Part shown: positions 39,701 through 50,300 of the stretch, in pieces
Numbering within the stretch: the first letter of the stretch is position 1
Layout of the letters: every line of letters starts with the position of its first letter
Assembly: GCF_036971445.1 (NCBI RefSeq)
Contig: NC_091475.1
Location: forward strand, 12,090,001 to 12,154,000
Direction of reading: 5' to 3'
DNA from: Narcine bancroftii
Taxonomy: Eukaryota
Length of the DNA stretch: 64,000 bases
The notes under the pieces: model-generated
Databases searched by the model: none
Told to the model about the DNA's origin: nothing
Seen by the model: the letters and a program-made list of their open reading frames with translations, nothing else
Translations under genes and position numbers: made by a program

Positions 39701-42700
39701 GCGATGTCCTAGGCTGTGTCCACTACCTTTTGCAGGGCTTTATGCTCAGGGGTATTGGTGTCCCCAAACCAGACCATAATGCATCTGATCAGCATACGTT
39801 CCACCACATATCTGTAGAAATTTGCCAGGGTTTCTGATATCATTTCCAAACGTCTGCAAACTGAGGAAATAAAGGTGCTGACGTGCTTTCTACGCAATTC
39901 CATTAGTGTGCTGGGTCCAGAAAAGATCCTCCAAGATGGTGATTTCCAAGAACTTAAATTTATTCACCCTCTCCACCTCTCCCCCAATGATCGCTGGATT
40001 ATATACCTCTGGTTTTCCTTCTTCCCTGATGTTAAAAATCAGCTCCTTGCTTCCTAAGGAAACCCAAGCAATCACAGGAAGCACTCAGTTAAGATTGTTC
40101 AGGAATTGCCAGAGCTGTGAGGCAGCAAGTTCGAGCTCAGTGATTAAGGTTGGAGTGAGTGATCCTGGGAAATGTGAGCATCTCTTGACTTGCAGGTGCA
40201 CTCTAATATGGATCCAATATACTGCAGTAATCAACATGTGCACCCCGATCACGCTAGTTAAATATTGTGGATATGTTGTGCCTAAACTTCCAGAAATGTA
40301 CCGCACCAATGACTATTGAAAAAGACTCCATGAAGTTTAGAATTGAGGGAAGTGGGGTTGGGGGGGGTGGGGGGGGTGGTGAGAAGATTTTATGTTAGAG
40401 AAGGTGCTTGGAGGGGAAGAAACAGGAATTCAGAACCGCTTCTCTGAATTGGAGCGAGACGACAGTATCTACATTTTTAAAATTCTAAAACTGACAGGAA
40501 CATTCTTTTATTAATTTATTCTGATCTGAGGAAACAATGGGGTGTTTTTATTAAAATGAATGGAGTAAGTAATAAAACTGCCATGAAATTTGGTATTAGT
40601 AAAAAGAAAAATCAGGAGTTCCTTTTCCAATACAAGCAATTCTTCCTCTTGAGGAGTCTCTCAGGATTGAGGATCATGGATGACTTACTTCCCTTCAATT
40701 CTGTGAGTTCTAAGGTGGCTATTGAGGAGCCACTGTTAAAACCCGTAAATTCTGATTGATGAGGCAGATTGTGAATACCAGGGTGGGGCAGGTGTAGAGT
40801 TTGTAGGTGGTCCACTAGTTGTGCAGGATGTCTGTGCTTGTCTCAAATCTGTTGAGCTGGTGACCTCTTCCCATGACGGAACTCAAAAGTATGACATCAG
40901 TCAAATGACACAACATGCCCAACGTAGCTTTAGTGAGTTACTAGATTCTCAATGCTGGTCATGTTAGTCTGTGAGAAAACTCTGATAGGGTTTGTTAGTC
41001 TTTTTGATGACTGGAAGATTTTGGTGGAGACAACATTGATTGTATTTAATAATTGCTTTTTGCAACAAATAACTTATGAAAATGCTAAAATACCAAGTCT
41101 AAAGTGCTACTTTTCTGTTGGAAACCTGAGCCATACCCTTAGTCAACACAACTAATATAGCTTTTTATGGCTTGCTGTCAATTTTTAATCCGCTATTTCT
41201 GCTCTGAGGAAATTTGAGTGATCTTGGAATATTAAAAGCAGTGTGTGTGTTTTTTATATATATATGTGGGAAAATTTGCTCCTGACTCCAGCATTTGCAG
41301 AATTTTATGGCCTCCTATAAGTGTGAGAGCTTCTTGATGTTGGGATGAAGAGCTTTTCTTCACCATTTCCAAGGCAGGGAGAGTACATCAGTTGTACCTG
41401 AGAAGGATGTTTGGAAATATAGGCCCCCCCCCCCCCCAAAAATCAGTCATAAAAACTTTTGTTTTGCTCTTCCACTTTCATTTGATGGATTACTTTGTTT
41501 AATTTAAAAAAAAAAATCCTGAACCGTAAGTCTGGAAAAGCAATGGTCAAGATGGTTTACTCAATATCGTGCGTAAAGTTGATGGAATTAGAAGTGATGA
41601 TGTGATTGGTTATACAAACCTTTAAAATATTGACACTTTCAATTAACATTTTTCCTCTTCATTGTGGTATCACCATGCACATTTTTGTCTATCTGGATTA
41701 AATTTATGACCATGGTGATCTATTTCCCAAAGTTATTAATGTACATTATTTTGAATATAACAGTATTTTCTGAAAACTCGTGACTTTAAGTTATGCTGTT
41801 CAAAGATGGGTGGCTATGATTGATGTATCAGATTCTGAGTCCAATGTATTTCTCTGAGATACCTTTTTAAAAATTGTTTTTAAGTACCTCCCTCCCCCTA
41901 ATCAAGGTTAGTGATACAAATGGAAGTTTGGAATCCAATAGCGACTTCCAGGCATCAGATGGCGAACTCCTGGACTCTTCAGAGTTTTCATAATTCTTCC
42001 AATCATAATATATTGTAAGAATGGGCTCCACATCTTGACAAATTGAAATTTTCTATCTGTAATATCGTATCTAATTTTCTCCAAGCTGCGGACTCGAAAG
42101 GCCAACATGGCCTGTTTCCGCTCCGTAAATGGTTATATGGTGAAGTAAGTCATTGCATCATGTAAACACTGCATGGGTCGGTGAAGATTCATCCTTCCAT
42201 TTCAGTACAGTTGCTCATCTGGCCATCAGTGTAGATTCTTTCTATTAAAGGCAATGTATAATCCATATTTTAAATTTATTTCCAGTTTTAAGAATTTATC
42301 TGACCTAAGGAAGCACATTGAAACACATAATGATGAGCCCACATACCACTGCAGCTCTGATGGATGTAACTTCAGTGCCCGGAGTGTGCAAACACTTAAA
42401 CAGCACTATAGAAGAATACATGAGGTGAGTGATGCAGTGAAAAGTGATCTATGAATAACTCAAAAAAAATTTATGCACTTTTGAAAACTGAACTTGAAGT
42501 GTGTGGTCGACCCTTTTTCATTTTTTTTGCTTTTTGTCTCTCTCTAACTGTTCATCCATATTTTCCTTTCTTTATCATTTTTTCTCTAAGAACACTTTCC
42601 ATTAATTTACCCACCAGCGTTGTCAGACTCACAGGTCTATAATTGCTAGGTTTACTTTTGAAGCCTTTTTTAAACAGCTACCCTCCAATCTTCTGGCAAC

Positions 42701-45700
42701 TCCTCCGTGGCCAGTGACATTTTAAATATTTCTGTCAGAGGGCTCACTATTTGCCCATTAACCTCCCTCAGAGTCCGAGGGAATATCTTGTCAGGACCCG
42801 GAGATTTATCCACCTTGATTCTCTTAAAATAGCCAGTGCTACCTCCTCATTAATCTGTGTATTATCCATGACCTCACGCCAGATTTCCTTGCTTCACCTG
42901 GCTCAATATTCCTTTCCTTAGTGAAGACTGAAGGAAAAAAAATCATTTAAAATTTCCCCCATCTCTGACTTGTCACATGACCTACCCCTTCTGATCCTCA
43001 AGGGGCCCAATTTTATCTCTTCCTATTATTTTACTTTTAAGTGCTCCTCTTAAGCTTGATCATTGTATTTGACTCCAACACCACCTTTGGCAACATATTC
43101 CAGATACCAAACACTCTTTTATTGTTTAAAAAAAAACCCCTCCTTCCTCTTGCTTTTGATACCCTTACCATGGAATAAAAGATTTGGCTACCCGATTGAT
43201 GCCTTCCACCATTTCATATGAATCTATAAAGTTAACTGTCAGCCTCCTTCACTCCAGGGAAAACAAGTCCAGCCTATCCACCTCACCCCATATATAAAAT
43301 CCTCAAAATCCAGGTGATATCCTGGTGAATTTCCTCTGCATTCTTTCCAGCACAATTCCATTTTTCCTATGATGTGACAACTAAAACTGTGTACAATACT
43401 CCCAGAGTGGTCCAATCAGCACTTTGTAAAAGTTCCAAGCTTGTATTCTGTGCCTCAACCTTTGAAGACAAACCTGCTTTAAGCCTTCTTCATCAATCTT
43501 ATCAACTTGTGTTGCCACTTTCAGGGGATTATGGACTTGAACTTTCTAGTTTTCTCTGTTCATCAGCCTTTCACTCTGTATCGTCTTACCTCTTTAACTT
43601 CCCAAAAATGTGGTAACTGGAGGTCTGTTTGGGTGCTAGTGACTTCGGAGCATATGGAACTGTTGCATTTAGTCCCTCATTTAAATATGGTGTTGCACTG
43701 GATTTTAGTGGCTTGCATACCATCTTGTGGAAGAAAAGGCCACGGGAATACAGTGACTTTAAAAATTGCACTTGAACAGGAAAAATAACACGAATTGGTT
43801 TTCAAAAAAAAAATTCAAATTACTAATATGTGTGACTATTACATCTTTCCTTTCAAGGGGGAAACAAAACCTCGATACAAGTGTCACATTTGTGCCAAAT
43901 GTTTCTCCTGGGCCTACACATTAACAATGCACCTTCGCAAGATACACCAGCTCAAGTGGCCGTCTGGGCATGCACGATTCAGGTGGGCAAGATTACCTGT
44001 CTAATTATTGCTGATGCAGTTTATTTCTGTGAGCCATTATTATCCTTTAAGAGAGAAAGTTTCAGAAACCCTGTCACCCTGTGGGAGAAAGGCTTATTTC
44101 TTCCCTCTAAACCATTGCCTGTTACATTAAATTTGTGTCTCTTGGCCTTTGAGCCCTTTGCTAAGAGGAAAAATGCAGCGTTTCTACCTATGCTCCCATC
44201 ATTTTGTAGATCTTTGTCTTTTGTCATTTGGCTCTGTTCCAAAGAAAGTGGTCCTATCTTATTTGATCTTTCCTCACAGCTGCAATTTTCCAATCAGGAA
44301 GATCGCCTCTTCATTTGGTCTTGAATAATAAACCTTTTATTTTGGTCACCAGAACTATACACTATACCCAAAGTGTGTTGTGAAATGTGATACTATTCTA
44401 GCATAACCTTACTCCTTTTATTTACTCTGCTTCGATTAATAAATCATGTACGCCTCTTTTCATCAGTTTATGAACATTAACTTCCATCTTTTAAACAAAC
44501 TTGGACTTGCATTTGAAGATTTTTTGGTCCGACCGTTCAATCGAATAATTTACTGCATATTTTTGTGCATTTGCCCAAATGCTTTGCCTTCCTTCTTCAG
44601 ATTGATTTCTATTTGCCACTGTCTTTTCTTCTTCTTCTTGTCAACCGTGCAGCCATTTTTATTGATCATTCTTCCTACGTGCAAGTCTAAATCATTGATA
44701 CACATTGTAGAAAGCAAAGGGGCTTGCTGCCAAGAACCATATAACACAACTGGTGATTTCAAATTACTAATATAATGCGTGACTACTACATCTTTCCTTT
44801 CAAGGGGAAAACAAAACCTTGATGCAAGTGTCACATTTGTTCCAAATGTTTCTCCTGGACTTACAAGTTTGATCTCTAAATACCTGTTAAATGTTTCTCT
44901 GGTATTGAGCTGATTTTAAATCCAATTTTCTGCTCTCTTGATCTTGTAGACTTTTATTTTCTTGGCCTGTGTGCCCAGTGAAATCTTATCAAAAGACTTG
45001 CAAAAATCTATAGGGATTACATAAATACTGTCCTCACATGTTGATATTAGCTCATCAGTTGTAAATTAGACACAGCTTTTCCTTAACAATGAATGTCCCT
45101 AACTAACCTGTACCTTTCTATGTAATAATTAATTTTTCAAAATTGATTTGAATAATGTACTTTCCGTAATAAGCTGATTGATCTATAATTTCTTGACTTT
45201 TCCCTCCTTCTCTATTTATACAAAGTTAGCAATCCAACAATCCTCTAGTATTACTCCTATACCAGGAAGTACTGAAAAATGGTCCTTTTTAATAGCCTGG
45301 TGTGTATTTCATGAGTAGTTGACTTTTTCAAAGGTAACAAATCCCTTAATGCTTCCTCTTTGCAATCCTTATCTCATTTGCGTTTCATGCATATCAGTAA
45401 CATCTCCTTTTGGTGAAGGCAGCTACAAATTACTCTCTTAGTTCCTTTGTTGCCCACATCCCACATAAACGAATCCAAGTTTAGGACTGCATTCAGCAAA
45501 AGATGGCTTCAGTAACTGAACTGAAAATATTAACCTGCGATCTGGGTCCTCTGATTAGGTGGTGGGTGACATCAAATAAGCTCATTTCAATCATGTTCAA
45601 TCAGTGCAGCATCTTTAAAATAGATAGGCCAATGTTTGTACATAACTCAAGTGTGGTAATATTGCAGATTATATTAATCTTTTTCACTTTGGCTTATTGG

Positions 45701-47332
45701 CAGAAAGATTCAAGATTCAATTTATTGTAATGTAATAGACATAGAATTTGTTTTCGTTTGCCATAAGGCAGACAGGTTCGCCATCGGCAGAAATTACCTG
45801 AATTTTGCCCTTTACAATCCGAGAAAGAGAAGCAAGAAAGAGTTTCCTCAGAGTCACCATCTGTCCCTGGATTTGCCTCCAGCGCTTCCACAGCTACACA
45901 AAGTCCAGTCCAAACTATCAGCAAGCAGCAGAGCTCTAGATCTGATCCTCTGACATGATCAGTACCCTCTCGCATCCCAGTTCTGATACCTGGTATCCAG
46001 CAGTCCACAGCCCAATGTGAATCCCTTGACTGCAGTCGCCAGCAGCCCACAGACTGTGCGGGTTCCTCGCCTTGATTCACCAACACCTCGCTGCCTATGT
46101 GTTTCTACAACTGCAGAACCCCTCACTGGTCTGCCGCCATGGTCACCATCCCTTGGGTCATCTCTGCTTCTCCTCAAACGGGGTGTCCAGCACCAGTCCT
46201 CTGCTTCCCCGGAGTCTGCAACTTCTCATGACTGCTGCCAATCATATGCGCCACCATCTTGATCACAGGCCCTACCGTTGCAATATTTTTAAATAAAACC
46301 ACCACCAGCTCAATTTACAGGTCGTTTAAAGCCTGTACAAGGCTGATGTCAGTCGGACTGGGCGGTTGGCCCCTGCGGGGATGCTGTGTCTCTGCTCTCC
46401 ATGGGTCTGCACCAATGGCAGCCCTGCTGCTACAGCAGATCCAGCTGTTACTCAAAAGTATATCTAGTGGACATTGTAGCTTTGAATTTTTTCCCCCTAA
46501 GTTAAGGGAGAAATACAAAGTATAAAACTGGAGAGTGGCCCTCAACAGGTGTGTGGTTTTTCCCATCAACCTTGGCTGAATTTCAGCCCAGTCCTGGAGG
46601 TGAAAAGTTTTAGTCATCTGTATTTTTCCTACCTGTTGTAGTGGCAGTGATTCAAAGCACTTTATTGGTTATGGAGCATCATGGCACATCCTAAAAAGAT
46701 TTCATGAAAGTGAGGGGGTTTTAATGATACTATTCAACTTCTCAAGTTCTTCATTATCAAAGGTAAAATATTAAATTTTAATAATAAATCACCCAAAAGC
46801 TTATCTTTTGCTTTAACTGTCTAGGTATAAAGAGCATGAGGATGGATACCTCCAGCTGCATATGGTTCGCTATGAAACTGTTGAACTGACGCAGCAAATC
46901 ATCAAGGACCTAGAGAAGAGACATGGCCGCCGAAGGAAAACAATAGACACATGTCTCCCAGCACTGGCCCCCTACCAAAAGCTTCTCTCCAGGAAGCCTC
47001 CAGCTGGAAAAGTAGCAAGGGAGGCTGACTATCTTGTTCCAGCTGCCCAACTAAAATGTGCTGCGCAGCACGAAACCAACCCACCAGCCAAGTCCATGAA
47101 CAGACTCCTGCAGCCAAAGCACTGTGACACTTCAGAAGCCTCAGGAGCAAGTGAGCTGGACAGAGGAGTTTCTGAAAAGGACTCTCCTGTCCACTTTGTC
47201 CTCAGAAATGCAACCAAAGCAGCAGCCAAGCCTGCTGCTACCCTTGAGAGGAATGATGACAGTTCCTACCTAGACCCTATGGAAACATTGGAGAAAGTAG
47301 CCCGGGGGCTTGGGATTCAGATTATTGGGTAG
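21613..47332 (+). CDS. HINFP: HINFP-family zinc-finger protein (histone H4 transcription factor-like), 539 aa; exons 21613-21769, 27374-27600, 31547-31658, 33329-33481, 34735-34812, 36950-37070, 42286-42424, 43858-43982, 46825-47332
   Basis: Nine GT-AG exons sum to 1620 nt in one open frame. HINFP signatures: [60 protein letters not shown]...[11 protein letters not shown]. Family is certain; ortholog versus paralog is uncertain and paralog is favoured. Confidence 0.9.
21960..22500 (-). mobile_element. Penelope-like retroelement 3' fragment (GIY-YIG C-terminus plus terminal repeats)
   Basis: ORF 22217-22486 has [23 protein letters not shown], resembling the PLE motif RKLEEQHLIFRLG.LQP.G.N; flanked by two gagaaactcag...catccataggaagt repeats. 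Confidence 0.75.
23565..25029. mobile_element. Non-autonomous hAT (Charlie-like) DNA transposon
   Basis: Imperfect TIRs cagggttgggtaacct / aggttggccgcccctg; 8-bp TSD ggcaagat (23557-64) and ggctagat (25030-37). Confidence 0.7.
24026..24942. repeat. 26-bp perfect tandem repeat (CCCTGAGCCGCTCGCTCTCCCCGCTC), about 35 units
   Basis: Period 26 read directly; no variant units seen. Confidence 0.98.
25384..27006. mobile_element. Tc1/mariner (Tigger/pogo-like) non-autonomous element with a nested RTE
   Basis: Perfect 18-bp TIR cagtagaatccccattat (25384-401) / ataatggggattctactg (26989-27006), followed by TA. Confidence 0.75.
25497..26264 (+). mobile_element. RTE-clade LINE, 5'-truncated, young
   Basis: Near-open frame [22 protein letters not shown]...[17 protein letters not shown]...[22 protein letters not shown] with one internal stop; (AAAG) tail; candidate TSD ATTAAGA at 25492-98 and 26265-71. 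Confidence 0.9.
27374..27600 (+). CDS. HINFP: HINFP-like coding exon 2 ([12 protein letters not shown]...YHTKLK...CQWEYCD)
   Basis: ttccag acceptor, GAT|gtaagt donor. Confidence 0.93.
28715..30834. mobile_element. Tigger/pogo-like non-autonomous element with a nested L1 fragment
   Basis: TA-cagtacaactccgatt ... aattggagttgaactg-TA terminal inverted repeats. Confidence 0.7.
29968..30521 (-). mobile_element. L1-clade LINE 3' end, 5'-truncated
   Basis: Minus strand [39 protein letters not shown]...KWTP; 10-bp TSD gagccagctt at 29958-67 and 30522-31. Confidence 0.75.
31547..31658 (+). CDS. HINFP: HINFP-like coding exon 3 ([16 protein letters not shown]...SCCWK)
   Basis: ccgcag acceptor, AAG|gtaatc donor. 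Confidence 0.93.
33329..33481 (+). CDS. HINFP: HINFP-like coding exon 4 ([51 protein letters not shown])
   Basis: tttcag acceptor, G|gtatgt donor. Confidence 0.94.
34735..34812 (+). CDS. HINFP: HINFP-like coding exon 5 ([26 protein letters not shown])
   Basis: ttttag acceptor, G|gtaggt donor, phase 1-1. Confidence 0.93.
36155..36610 (-). mobile_element. Young CR1 LINE 3' end with (ATAAC)n tail
   Basis: ORF 36240-36587 has [24 protein letters not shown]...FFTQRVV, uninterrupted. Confidence 0.92.
36950..37070 (+). CDS. HINFP: HINFP-like coding exon 6 ([40 protein letters not shown])
   Basis: tactag acceptor, CAG|gtaact donor, phase 1-2. Confidence 0.93.
37551..38308 (+). repeat. Direct duplication of about 286 bp (37551-37836 and 38023-38308)
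   Basis: Near-identical copies 472 bp apart, covering a CR1 3' end plus adjacent sequence. Confidence 0.92.
38742..39372. mobile_element. Tigger-like non-autonomous element inserted in a Rex1/Babar LINE tail
   Basis: TIR ctggtgcccaaccttttat / ataaaagttgggtacctg, followed by TA. Confidence 0.6.
39375..40050 (-). mobile_element. Rex1/Babar-type LINE 3' fragment
   Basis: Minus strand [22 protein letters not shown]...[10 protein letters not shown] and [23 protein letters not shown]. Confidence 0.8.
42286..42424 (+). CDS. HINFP: HINFP-like coding exon 7 ([46 protein letters not shown])
   Basis: ttccag acceptor, GAG|gtgagt donor. Confidence 0.94.
42590..43560 (-). mobile_element. CR1 LINE fragments
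   Basis: Minus strand [18 protein letters not shown] and [13 protein letters not shown] motifs around 42600-42820, plus an older 3' piece. Confidence 0.75.
43858..43982 (+). CDS. HINFP: HINFP-like coding exon 8 ([41 protein letters not shown])
   Basis: ttcaag acceptor, CAG|gtgggc donor, phase 0-2. Confidence 0.93.
44758..44865 (+). pseudogene. Decayed partial duplicate of HINFP-like coding exon 8 with its acceptor
   Basis: Copy of about 43814-43920; reads GKTKP* with CGA changed to TGA at 44820-22. Confidence 0.88.
46825..47332 (+). CDS. HINFP: HINFP-like last exon ([25 protein letters not shown]...[17 protein letters not shown])
   Basis: gtctag acceptor; HINFP-specific conserved region; TAG at 47330-32. 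Confidence 0.94.
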
Positions 47333-50300
47333 TTGTAGCTGCTGGTGGTGAAGCAGTAAAGCCTTGGTCACCAACGTCTTTCAGAAATGGCTGCCTGAAC
47401 GGGGACTCTGTGCAAGTGGGATTCTATTTTATGGGATCCTGCTGACTTGCCCCTATCAGGAATGAGAGCCCGATGTTTGCTGTCACTTGCTTTGGAGTAA
47501 CGTGTATTTATTTTTCTGTCTCAGAGTGATATAGTTTGTCCTGGAAGCTGGGAAGGGTCTGTCGCAAGTTCTGAGACATGCCAGACTTAGGCCTATGAAA
47601 CACTAGATAGGAGAGGCCCAGTGTTCGACTGGTGGAGAGTGAAATACAACTTTTGAAAATGTATGTTGTCAAATAATGAGGATTCTGCCTGAGCATTTTT
47701 TCCTCTCCATTTCCATTCTTGAATTGGACAAAATTTGGTATGGGCAAGACTTTGAGAGGTAAAGCCACCATCTGTCACCTGGTGCTTCCACTGATAGAGG
47801 TTAATTTACTCAATGTTTTTAAATCAAAAAAGACTTCCTGTGCTTTGAAGCAGGTGAATTGCTGTCCAACTGTAGATCGTACTATCTGCCGTTCTTGTTG
47901 GAAAAATACTTTAATTATACAGATACTGGGGTGCTGATGAGCGATTAGAGCCTCTCTCTCTCAGGAAACGTCGTTCTTTTCAAGAACAGCAGACTTGAGG
48001 GTGCTGTTTGTGGAAATGTTGACTTGTTTCCACAGATGCTGTTGGACTAGCTGGGTTATTGGAGTATTTCTGGTTTTGTTTCAGATTCCGGCATCTGCAT
48101 TTTTTTGTTTTCCACAGGCCACATTTAGTTGTGGAGGAATATTATAGTTGAGCGCATACAACCCCATTGAGAGACAGGAGGAGCAACCTTATTTTTAAAT
48201 TATGAAGCTTTTTTGTTCAAAAAAAGTTCATTGTCTTGGTCACATAAACAGCTATTTTCCCAAAAAAATCTATTGTCTCTGTTAAAAGTAAAAAAAAAAC
48301 TAGAAATGTAAACTGAAAATTATGCAGGTCAGGCTGCACTCGTAGGAAGAGAACTAGTGTTAATGTTTCAAGTGTGAGATCCTTCTTCAGAACTGGTGCT
48401 AGAGGATTATTGACCTGAAATTTGTATTTCTTTTCCCACAGATGTGGCCTAATCTGTTGAATATCTCCAGCATTTTCAATTAAACCTGTTGATGCAATGA
48501 TATAAATGCCTTTCAATAGAACCTTTTTGCTTCACAATTACTTCAATCTTTTTTGCATTTAAAAACAAAAATTCCAGAAACACTCAACCGGTCAGGCAGC
48601 AACTGTGGAAAGAGACAATGTTTCATGTTCCAGATCATCATCCGGTAGTGTTTTGTATGTCCAGAAAGTCTCTTCAGACATGACAGCAGAACCAGAATGA
48701 ATATTGAAATTATTACTGTGGCTCAGTGAGATCTTGCTCTCTCTCTCTCTCTCTCTCTCTCAAATATTTTTTAAAAAGACAAAGCACAAGCTGTCTTCAC
48801 ATGAATGAAGAACTCATCTCTCCCCCCGATGTTTGCTCTTGAGAGGAAGTCTGTCTTCGATAATTGCCTCAGTAATGAGTGTACAGTGTTGCATTTTTAT
48901 GAAAATTCATGAAGGCCTTCCCCTCGTCTAGTGACGACCATGACTTTGCTGTTTTATAATTACACGTCAAAAATTTAAACCAGAGGAAATTCTAGACTTT
49001 ATTCTTTTGAGGACATTTTGATATGCTTTGGTTCCAAAATGGTGACTGATGAACAATTCAAACTGCTAAGCAGCTTTTAACAACATTGCATTGTGATGCT
49101 TGGATGTATACCGATTTATGATAGTCCCTCTATTGTAGGACTGATTAAAAAAAAGTTTCATTGATAAAGATTAATTACCAACAGTGCAGTTTTAATGCTT
49201 GGAAAACTACCATTCTAGCCCTTTCTGACTTGTATTTACTTCCATCCCATCCCAATGTGGTTGACTCTTAAATAGACTGCCAGTCTTGCTTGTTATTCCA
49301 TACACCTAGAGTAGAAATGAATGAAGAACTGCAGTCCCACCACATTGCGATATTGTGGATACTGAAACCTCAACAACCTATTCAATCTCTGAACAGAAAA
49401 TGCCTGTGGTCAGTTCATTTGGATTACAGTAGTTTTACCTGTATTTAAGTTTCTCCCAGCTACATTGGCAGGATAAGCAAGAGATTAGTTATTTCAGGAC
49501 AATATCCAAATCTTCCAATCACAATCGCCTTACAGAATCTTTCAATAATTTTGCACTGGCACTAACTTAAACAATTTTGTGATTTATCCCATTTCAATTG
49601 CTTTAATTCAAACAGTGGAATCCTTTTAAAACTATACATCCTCTTGCTTGCTGCCAGCAGAGAGACAGCTCATTTCTGAGGGAGGTTGCCAAGTTCCAAA
49701 ACTCCAGCAGGTGGACAGGACAGGAAATAAGATCTCAATCTCTTTTTTTAAAATCTTTGCTTTCCAATACTGTCATGTCATAAGAGTCTAATGGTAGAGT
49801 GAGTGCATTTGGCTTGGGCAAGAGCAGAGATTTATTTTAGCACTGATATTTTTGATGTTTTAGATTTAAAAGTATATGGATGGCTCCATGAGGAGTGCAA
49901 GCTATTTGGTTATACACTAAACAAAATAGTTTCCAGCATTATAAGCAAAACATGAGTTCAATTTGCAGTCTCCATTCCTCACTGGTGCCTTACATTAACT
50001 GTTCCATGTAAGAAGTCAAAAGGAACAAAGAAGTGAAATTTTCCATCAAATGGAAGAATTTCTTGAACTGTGAATTGAGTTGAAGTGTTTGTTTTAACTT
50101 GACATTCTATCAAATTAATGTTGTAAACTGTTGCTAGGATTGTGAATATACTATTTACAGTCGAAGTTTTTTTTACTTCAGATTTACAGTTTTTTTTTAA
50201 AAAAACACAGTATTTTAATGGAATTTGATGTTTTGAAATGTGTATAATGACAACGCAATGTTGTTAATATTGTAAAGTTTGCACTAGTAACTAGTATGGT

